Shown in pieces: positions 1 to 6,299 of a stretch of DNA of 36,034 nt. Where the stretch lies: NCBI GenBank assembly GCA_022562795.1, contig JADFOP010000017.1, positions 1 through 36,034 on the forward strand, in the 5' to 3' direction. Under the pieces are notes generated by a model. It was not told the origin of the DNA. It saw only the letters and a program-made list of their open reading frames with translations, and did no database searches. Positions within the stretch are counted from its first letter, which is position 1; each line of letters begins with the position of its first letter. The translations under genes and the position numbers were made by a program. Source of the DNA: Nitrospinota bacterium. Lineage in GTDB: Bacteria; JADFOP01.

Positions 1-43
1 CCTTTCCTTGAGTTTTTGCGAGACGGACCGGCGAGCTGTTCAC

Positions 44-81
44 AAAAAAACCGCACGGCGTACAACAGACGCCTGTGCGGT
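44..81 (-). terminator. Intrinsic terminator/attenuator hairpin in the leader of a gene that starts left of the window
   Basis: Minus strand reads ACCGCACAGGCGT-ctgttgt-ACGCCGTGCGGT-TTTTTT. An SD-like AAGGAAAGG lies at positions 1-9 on the same strand. Confidence 0.6.
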
Positions 82-131
82 GGCCTGTCGTTCTTGCGTC
101 GTTCTTGCCTAGTCTATCTCTTGCTCTCCAA

Positions 132-160
132 ACAATAGGACAAATGTCGGAAGAAAGCAA
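132..160 (-). promoter_or_regulatory. Putative sigma70 promoter
   Basis: TTGCTT-N17-TATTGT on the minus strand, upstream of the 44-81 hairpin. Confidence 0.4.
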
Positions 161-196
161 GACTTATTTTTGGGTCTTAGCGGATAATATTTTCCC

Positions 197-284
197 AGGT
201 AATCTTAACTCTGGCCATCAACCGGATTGTTTTGACCTGGACGCCTACCTAAAGACTAAAGGTTAAACTATATATAACGTTCTG
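197..284 (+). repeat. att-like direct repeat, copy 1 (internally deleted relative to copy 3)
   Basis: 231-284 is identical to 1331-1384. 197-219 matches 2323-2345 at 22/23. Confidence 0.9.
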
Positions 285-784
285 AAGTCGGAACCACCTG
301 ATGGCGTGGCGAGAGTGCATATTTCATCTGAAATTGCCCCTGAGCCCCAACGGTCACGAGTGATGATTACATCGTGAAGTTGATATACGGGTTGCCCTTG
401 ATTGAATAAAATTAATGGGGCCGGGTAGGTGTCCTGCCTTTTCCGGCGGCCGTCCGTAGGCCCCCCCAAGACATACCACTAACCTATCAGGTAAAAGTCA
501 ATGGCTCAAGTTAAAGGCCAACGGTCCTAACATGGAAGAAATAGAGCGGGACATCAGGAAAATGTGGGGCGTGGCTTCACTCCCGGTATCATTGGGCCAC
601 ACAGTGACAGGGTAGGCGTCCAACAACGGTTTATCGAATCGAGCCCCATGTGATTGAGTGGAGGCGAAGGGGGAACGGTGACGTTCTATTCCTTTTGGAA
701 GGACAAACTATCCCTTTGGCAAGCGCAACTTGAATGCATGCGGTTGCCGAGTGTCAAAAAGAGAGCTTGAGGGTCCGTACTACC

Positions 785-1057
785 CTATGAGGCAGCGTTC
801 TTGAGCGCCTTAGCCGCCTTGAAAGTAGGCACCCGCCGGGCCGGAATGTGAATAGGCTGACCCGTTTGAGGGTTGCGGCCCATCCTGGCGGCTCGATTAG
901 AGATGCCGAAGGTTCCGAGGCCGGCGAGGGCGATTCTTCCCCCTCCACCCAAAGTGGTCTGGATGGAGTTGACGATGTAATCCACCGCTTGGCCTGCCTT
1001 CGCCTTGGTGATGCCGCACTCATTAGCGAGGAGACTGACGAGTTCCGCCTTGGTCAT
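785..1057 (-). CDS. hup: HU/IHF-family DNA-binding protein, 90 aa
   Basis: MTKAELV...GLGTF...RAARMGRNPQTG...IPARRVPTFKAAKALK signature; AAGGAG SD before the ATG at 1057. Confidence 0.95.
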   Translation of the reverse strand: MTKAELVSLLANECGITKAKAGQAVDYIVNSIQTTLGGGGRIALAGLGTFGISNRAARMGRNPQTGQPIHIPARRVPTFKAAKALKNAAS

Positions 1058-1151
1058 TTCCTTCTCCTTCGTTCCATGGAGAAGAGCGCTTAAAAATGAC
1101 TCCCGTTGCACGCTGGCCGAGCGGACATGACTCCCTCTATGGTAACTCACA

Positions 1152-1183
1152 ATTATAAGACGACACATGGAACCACTTGTCAA
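1152..1183 (-). promoter_or_regulatory. Consensus -35/-10 hexamers with an unusually long spacer upstream of hup
   Basis: TTGACA-N20-TATAAT on the minus strand. Confidence 0.4.
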
Positions 1184-1270
1184 GCAAAAAATGCCGTCAC
1201 GACGGGCTTTCCGCCCGACCTGCTCCTTCTGAGGGCCGAAGGGAGATTAGCTTAAGCTGAGGCGTTAGGG

Positions 1271-1384
1271 GCAACTTCATCGTAAATCCTAACTTGGCAT
1301 GGGCAAGCTGGAAGGCCAGGACCGGGTTGATTTGACCTGGACGCCTACCTAAAGACTAAAGGTTAAACTATATATAACGTTCTG
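1271..1384 (+). repeat. att-like direct repeat, copy 2
   Basis: 1271-1383 vs 2403-2516: 4 substitutions and 1 indel. Last 54 bp identical to copy 1. Confidence 0.95.
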
Positions 1385-1420
1385 CTCATCGGCCCCCTGG
1401 GGACGGGCGTGCTCGCGCGA
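1376..1420 (+). pseudogene. comM: Short decayed comM (YifB) Walker-A relic
   Basis: Translates NVLLIGPLGTGVLAR versus [17 protein letters not shown] at 2509 onward. Confidence 0.65.
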
Positions 1421-1470
1421 TCCTTAGTGTAAGGCTACTCCTGCCTCGCCCACCACCAAGCTGGTTTCCG

Positions 1471-1818
1471 CTATCCCCATATAGTGTAGTTCCTATCGAC
1501 TATATCTGAGCCAGTTGCTGTGGGCGGCCATTCCCGCTCTGTATCAATGAGTTCTTCCTTCAGGGTTTTATCGTCCTTAACAATCGCTATGTACAGGAAT
1601 TTGCCTGTGGGGCTATGGCCCTTCGCCTCTTCGTAAGAAAAGGGTCCTAGCCTGTAAAGCTTGTCTCTGCTGTCACCGTAGCCCAGGATATATTTCACGC
1701 CTGCCTCTTTGGACCCCACCGGTGGTTTGCTGGGCAGCTGCAACGTAGCCGAACCGGTGGGGTGGTTGAAACGGACCACAAAAGATAGAAAAATTTCTGA
1801 CACATTATGTTCGCTCAT
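1471..1818 (-). CDS. Hypothetical protein, 115 aa
   Basis: ATG at 1818 with GGAAGGA SD; protein-like composition; no family recognised. Confidence 0.6.
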   Translation of the reverse strand: MSEHNVSEIFLSFVVRFNHPTGSATLQLPSKPPVGSKEAGVKYILGYGDSRDKLYRLGPFSYEEAKGHSPTGKFLYIAIVKDDKTLKEELIDTEREWPPTATGSDIVDRNYTIWG

Positions 1819-1880
1819 GTTGAATCCTTCCCCTACCCCTGCCGCGCCCACCATCAGGCGACCCTATTGAGGGTAGAGCC

Positions 1881-2123
1881 TCAAGGCGGGCCCTCCTCTC
1901 GATCCACCCAAAACTTTCCCATGGAGATGGAGCGCTTGATTGCTTCGCCCTTGTCTTTACAAACATGTGATTCTTGGTCCTTCACGACCTTCTCTAGTGT
2001 TTTTCCCGCTTCGTACTTCCAAGCTCTAAACCGGGCAATCCAGCCACCTCCATCAGGGTTTCTGACCGGCATAGCCTTGATAATATGGTTCCTGTATTTG
2101 ATTTTATCTATATCCTCAGCCAT
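1881..2123 (-). CDS. Small basic hypothetical protein, 80 aa
   Basis: ATG at 2123 with GGAGGAG SD (MAEDIDKIKYRNHIIKAMP...); no family recognised. Confidence 0.65.
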   Translation of the reverse strand: MAEDIDKIKYRNHIIKAMPVRNPDGGGWIARFRAWKYEAGKTLEKVVKDQESHVCKDKGEAIKRSISMGKFWVDREEGPP

Positions 2124-2322
2124 TAAAAGCCCTCCTCCGTGCCCAGGCACGCTCTTTGCTACGCGCGTGCGCGCACGTTCTTTGATATAAGGTTGCGGCT
2201 GGGCAGAAACCTTCTTTGCCACGATGTGACCTGCCCCCATTCATTGTACCACCTTTAGAGTTAGAGTTTGGTGGTTTTTCGTCTCCCTATGAGCTGGTCT
2301 TGGCCACAGGTTCGATTATCCT

Positions 2323-2516
2323 AGGTAATCTTAACTATGGCCATCCGACCGAAAAGTTCATATTTCAACAGTTATTGCCCCTGAGGTCTAATCGAGTCAG
2401 TAGCAACTACATCGTAAATCCTAACTTTGCATGGGCAAACTGGAAGGCCAGGACCGGGTTGATTTGACATGGACGCCTACCTAAAGACTAAAAGGTTAAA
2501 CTATATATAACGTTCT
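2323..2516 (+). repeat. att-like direct repeat, copy 3 (longest form)
   Basis: Contains every module seen in copies 1 and 2 and ends in ctatatataacgttct, fused to comM sequence. Confidence 0.9.
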
Positions 2517-2688
2517 TCTTATCGGCCCGCCGGGGGCGGGCAAGAGCATGCTGGCAAAGCGCCTGCCGACGATCCTTCCGGCCATGAGCCTGGAAGAGGC
2601 GATCGAGGCTACAAAAGTCCATTCCGTAGCGGGCCTGACCCGGAGCAATGGCGCCCTCATCACGCGGTGGCCAAGCGTTTGCGCGCCG
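2509..2688 (+). pseudogene. comM: Internal fragment of comM/YifB Mg-chelatase-like AAA+ ATPase, about 60 codons, no 5' or 3' part
   Basis: In-frame [43 protein letters not shown]...LITRWP..AP, the ComM Walker-A region ending where RPFRAPHH is expected. Confidence 0.9.
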
Positions 2689-2773
2689 GGGCGTTTGAAT
2701 TTGCGTCGCCCGGGGTCGTCTCCCTCCTTATCTGAGAGGCGAGGATTATCGAATCGAAGGCGTCCGGGCATAT

Positions 2774-2824
2774 CATCAACGCCGCCTTGGGTAGTTGACA
2801 AGGCCCTATCTTAGATGGTAGAAG
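2774..2824 (+). promoter_or_regulatory. bio operon promoter with possible BirA-like dyad
   Basis: TTGACA(2795)-N18-TAGAAG with TG extension; caTCAAC-N13-GTTGACA overlaps the -35. Confidence 0.4.
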
Positions 2825-2943
2825 AAAGCCCCGATTGGGCCCGCCCTAGGGCGGGCCTTGCACTATTCGGGGGCCGCCGAGAGTGCAGCCGCCCCTCTTT
2901 TTGGAGGCCGCGCTCGTGCTCCATTCCTTAATTGAGACCATCG

Positions 2944-4146
2944 ATGAACGCTGAGCCTGATACCGCCAGCGCGCCCTGGGCCAGGGCCCTAGAGGCGTTA
3001 GAGCGTCGGGGCCGCAGGCGCAGGATGCGAATAGTCGATCTTGGAGAGGACGGCCGCTGGGTGGTTGACGGCCGGCCCGTAATCCACCTCTCCAGCAACG
3101 ACTACCTGGGTCTCGCCCGACACCCGGCCGTGTTGGAGGCTGCCGAGGCGGCCCTTCGCCGCTGGGGGGCCAGCGCGTCATCGGCCCGGCTCATCGCGGG
3201 GAACCTCGAGCCTCACCGGGAGATCGAGGAGGCCCTGGCGGCGTTCGAAGGGACCGAGGCGGCCCTGCTATACTCGACGGGCTACATGGCCAACGTCGGG
3301 GTCATCGGCGCGATCGTCGGGCCGGGCGATGCGGTTTACTCCGACGAGCTCAACCACGCCTCCCTGATCGATGGCTGTAGGCTGGCGGGAGCAAAGCTAC
3401 GGACCTATCCCCACGCCGACGCCGGGGCCTTGGAGGCGATGCTGGCTGAAGATGAAGAGGCAGGCCGGTATCGAAGGCGGCTTCTCGCCACCGACGGGCT
3501 TTTCAGCATGGATGGAGACGTTGCTCCCCTGGCCTCCCTGGTAGATATAAAGGAGAGGTACGGCTGCTGGATGCTGGTCGACGAGGCCCACGCCACGGGG
3601 GTCCTGGGGGAGGGGGGTCGCGGGAGCATCGAGCAGTGCGGGGTGAGCGGCCGGGTGGAGTTCGTCGTGGGCACCCTGGGAAAAAGCCTGGGGAGCTTCG
3701 GCGCCTACGTGGCCGCCGAGCGGGACGCCATTGACTACCTGGTAAATCGGTCGAGGAGCTTCATCTTCACCACCGCTCCTCCTCCGCCGGTTGTAGCAGC
3801 CGCCCGGGCCGCCCTTGCGGTGCTCGAGGCCGAGCCCGAACGAAGGGAGCGCCTCTGGGAGAACATCCGCCGGATGGCAGGGGGCCTTGAGGCCATAGGC
3901 GCCGAGACGATGGGATCCACCACACAGATTTTTCCCCTCCTTGTGGGCGGCGACGCCGAGGCCATGGCCTTCAGCGACGCTCTTTTGGAGGCGGGGCTCT
4001 TCGCCCAGGGGATTCGGCCGCCGACGGTGCCCAAGGGGACGGCGCGCCTTCGCCTCACCGTGACGGCGGCTCTGGGGTCGGACGAGATCGGCCGCGCCCT
4101 TGAGATTATTGAGAAGGTGGGCAGGCGGCAGGGGGTGATTCGTTGA
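2944..4146 (+). CDS. bioF: 8-amino-7-oxononanoate synthase
   Basis: SSNDYLGL, DELNHASLIDG, DGLFSMDGD, VDEAHATG, GTLGKSLG, IRPPTVP motifs. Confidence 0.97.
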   Translation: MNAEPDTASAPWARALEALERRGRRRRMRIVDLGEDGRWVVDGRPVIHLSSNDYLGLARHPAVLEAAEAALRRWGASASSARLIAGNLEPHREIEEALAAFEGTEAALLYSTGYMANVGVIGAIVGPGDAVYSDELNHASLIDGCRLAGAKLRTYPHADAGALEAMLAEDEEAGRYRRRLLATDGLFSMDGDVAPLASLVDIKERYGCWMLVDEAHATGVLGEGGRGSIEQCGVSGRVEFVVGTLGKSLGSFGAYVAAERDAIDYLVNRSRSFIFTTAPPPPVVAAARAALAVLEAEPERRERLWENIRRMAGGLEAIGAETMGSTTQIFPLLVGGDAEAMAFSDALLEAGLFAQGIRPPTVPKGTARLRLTVTAALGSDEIGRALEIIEKVGRRQGVIR

Positions 4147-5507
4147 GCCGGGGCGAGGAGCACCCTTTGGAGCGGGCCGACAAGGCCTACGTCTGGCATC
4201 CCTTCACGCAGATGTCCGAGTGGGCGGCCGAGAGGCCCATTATCATCGAGAGCGGCGAAGGGGCGACCCTGACCGACATCCACGGGGTCACGTACCTCGA
4301 CGGGGTGAGCTCCCTCTGGGTCACCGTTCACGGCCACCGCCACCCGGAGATCGACCAGGCCATACGCGACCAGCTCGATAAGGTGGCTCACTCCACCCTG
4401 CTGGGGTTGGGCAACGTTCCGGCCGTGGAGTTCGCCGAGGCCCTCGTCGCCGAAGCCCCACCGGGCCTCACCAAAGTCTTCTACTCCGACGACGGCTCCA
4501 CGGCGGTCGAGGTGGCCCTCAAGATGGCTTTTCAGTACTGGCGGCGTCGGGAGCCGGAGAGCCGCCGCACCCGCTTCGTGAGCCTTAGGGGCGGCTACCA
4601 CGGCGACACCTTGGGGGGGGTGAGCGTGGGTGGCATCGACCTCTTCCATGCGGCCTTCCGCCCGCTGCTTTTTCCCACCGAGCAGATCCCTGGCCCGTAC
4701 TGTTACCGTTGCGAGCTGGGGCTCACCTACCCGGAGTGTGAGCTCGCATGCGCTGAGGCCTTGGGCCCCGCGCTGGAGCGTCTTGAGGGGGAGGTGGCGG
4801 CGGTCATCGTCGAGCCGGTGGTCCAGGGCGCTGCGGGGATGGTCACCGCCCCGCCCGGGCACCTTCGCAAAATTCGTGAGCTCTGTGATGCTCACGGGAC
4901 CTTGCTCATCTGTGACGAGGTGGCGACGGGGTTCGGCCGCACGGGGACCATCTTTGCCTGCGAGCAAGATGGGGTGAGTCCCGACATCCTTTGTTTGGCC
5001 AAGGGTATCACGGGGGGCTACCTTCCCCTCGCCGCGACCCTTGTGACCGAAGAGATTTACGAGGCCTTCCTCGGGTCATATGAGGATCAGAAGACCTTTT
5101 TCCACGGCCACTCCTATACGGGCAACCCCTTGGGGTGCGCGGCCGGGCTTGCGAGCCTCAGAATTCTCCAGCGCCCGGCTACAAAGGGTCATCTGAAGGC
5201 CCTTATCGAAAGGCTGGCCTTGGGGCTGGAGCGTATCCGGGGGCTGGCCCACGTAGGAGAGGTCCGCCAGCGGGGTCTGATGGTCGGCATCGAGCTGGTC
5301 CGAGACAAGGAGAGCCGAGAGCCTTACGGGTGGGAGGAACGGATGGGCATCAAGACCATTCTGGAGGCTCGCGCCCAGGGAGTCATCCTTCGTCCTCTCG
5401 GCAACGTAATCGTGCTCATGCCACCCGTGGGTATGACCCTTGAGCAGTGCGACAGGCTCCTTGAGGTGACCGAGGCCTCCATCCAGGCGGCAACAGAGGA
5501 GGAATAA
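4143..5507 (+). CDS. bioA: Adenosylmethionine-8-amino-7-oxononanoate aminotransferase
   Basis: VWHPFTQM, SSLWV..HGH, GYHGDT, DEVATGFGRTG, AKGITGGYLPL, HGHSYTGNPL; TTG start overlaps the bioF stop. Confidence 0.97.
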   Translation: MSRGEEHPLERADKAYVWHPFTQMSEWAAERPIIIESGEGATLTDIHGVTYLDGVSSLWVTVHGHRHPEIDQAIRDQLDKVAHSTLLGLGNVPAVEFAEALVAEAPPGLTKVFYSDDGSTAVEVALKMAFQYWRRREPESRRTRFVSLRGGYHGDTLGGVSVGGIDLFHAAFRPLLFPTEQIPGPYCYRCELGLTYPECELACAEALGPALERLEGEVAAVIVEPVVQGAAGMVTAPPGHLRKIRELCDAHGTLLICDEVATGFGRTGTIFACEQDGVSPDILCLAKGITGGYLPLAATLVTEEIYEAFLGSYEDQKTFFHGHSYTGNPLGCAAGLASLRILQRPATKGHLKALIERLALGLERIRGLAHVGEVRQRGLMVGIELVRDKESREPYGWEERMGIKTILEARAQGVILRPLGNVIVLMPPVGMTLEQCDRLLEVTEASIQAATEEE

Positions 5508-5512
5508 TAGGG

Positions 5513-6229
5513 GTGAGCCGGGGACTTTTTGTCACGGGGACTGATTCGGGGGTCGGAAAGACCCTCGTTGCCGGCGGCATAGCGGCGGCCCTCTCCGCCC
5601 GGGGGGTTGATGTGGGAGTGGTGAAGCCCGTCGAGAGCGGCTGCGTTCGGACCTCCAACGGGCTTTTCCCGGCCGACGCCGCCTTCCTCAAGCGGATGGC
5701 CGGCGCACAAGAGCCCTTGGAGGCCATCTGCCCTGTGCGGCTTGAGGCTCCCCTCGCCCCCGCCGTGGCAGCGGAGCGCGAAGGGGTGACGATCAGCCTT
5801 GAGGAGCTGGAGGCAGCCGTCCGGGCGGTCGCTTCGGGCCATGCCTTCACCCTGTGCGAGGGGGCCGGGGGTCTCTATGTCCCCCTCGACGACGACAGAG
5901 GATGCGTCATCCACCTTATCGAGAGAGTCGCATTTCCTGTCCTCGTTGTGGGTCGGCTGGGCCTGGGGACCATCAACCACACGACCCTTACCGTGCGGGC
6001 ACTCCAGGTCGCCGGAGCGTCGGTGGCCGGAATAGTCCTCTCCCAAACCGCTCCAGTGCGAGGTCAGGCGGAGGAGACGAATCCGGGCGTGGTTGAGGGG
6101 TTGACGGGCATTCCCCTCCTGGGCGTTGTTCCCTATCTGGAGGAGTTCAGTGACGGACAACGGATAGAGCGGGGGGTCCTGGCAGGAGTCATCGAAGAGG
6201 TGCTCGACCTCAGCATGGTTTTAATGTAA
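5513..6229 (+). CDS. bioD: Dethiobiotin synthase
   Basis: FVTGTDSGVGKT, KPVESG, EGAGG, LGTINHT motifs. Confidence 0.97.
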   Translation: MSRGLFVTGTDSGVGKTLVAGGIAAALSARGVDVGVVKPVESGCVRTSNGLFPADAAFLKRMAGAQEPLEAICPVRLEAPLAPAVAAEREGVTISLEELEAAVRAVASGHAFTLCEGAGGLYVPLDDDRGCVIHLIERVAFPVLVVGRLGLGTINHTTLTVRALQVAGASVAGIVLSQTAPVRGQAEETNPGVVEGLTGIPLLGVVPYLEEFSDGQRIERGVLAGVIEEVLDLSMVLM

Positions 6230-6299
6230 TATATAAGGTCAACGATTATAATTAATTGATAATTAAGATTATAACTTACCGCATAGTGGAGCATTAAAT

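Noticed and set aside
75-469. ORFs 75-266 and 263-469 (also 2216-2467 and 2496-2801)
   Set aside because: They run through the repeat and share its translation by construction. They have no SD or family signal.
725-1290. Further GCAACTT words (725, 1271) as ECF promoters
   Set aside because: Neither has TGGGTT 12 bp downstream.
197-2516. Repeats as integron attC sites
   Set aside because: GTTAAAC fits GTTRRRY and TAAC words lie about 55-70 bp upstream. However, the upstream 7-mers (TCTTAAC, TCCTAAC) miss RYYYAAC, I see no complementary L boxes or overall hairpin, and the cargo genes point the wrong way.
231-2516. Repeats as a CRISPR array, dif/pdif sites or IS/Tn7 ends
   Set aside because: Spacing is about 1.1 kb. 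There is no XerD arm TTATGTTAAAT, no terminal inverted repeats or TGT...ACA ends, no target duplication, and no cas or transposase gene.
2825-2895. SAM-II riboswitch before bioF
   Set aside because: CCGATT...TTGC...GCAGC is reminiscent, but the conserved UUU and the 3' GCUAAA needed for the triple helix are missing.
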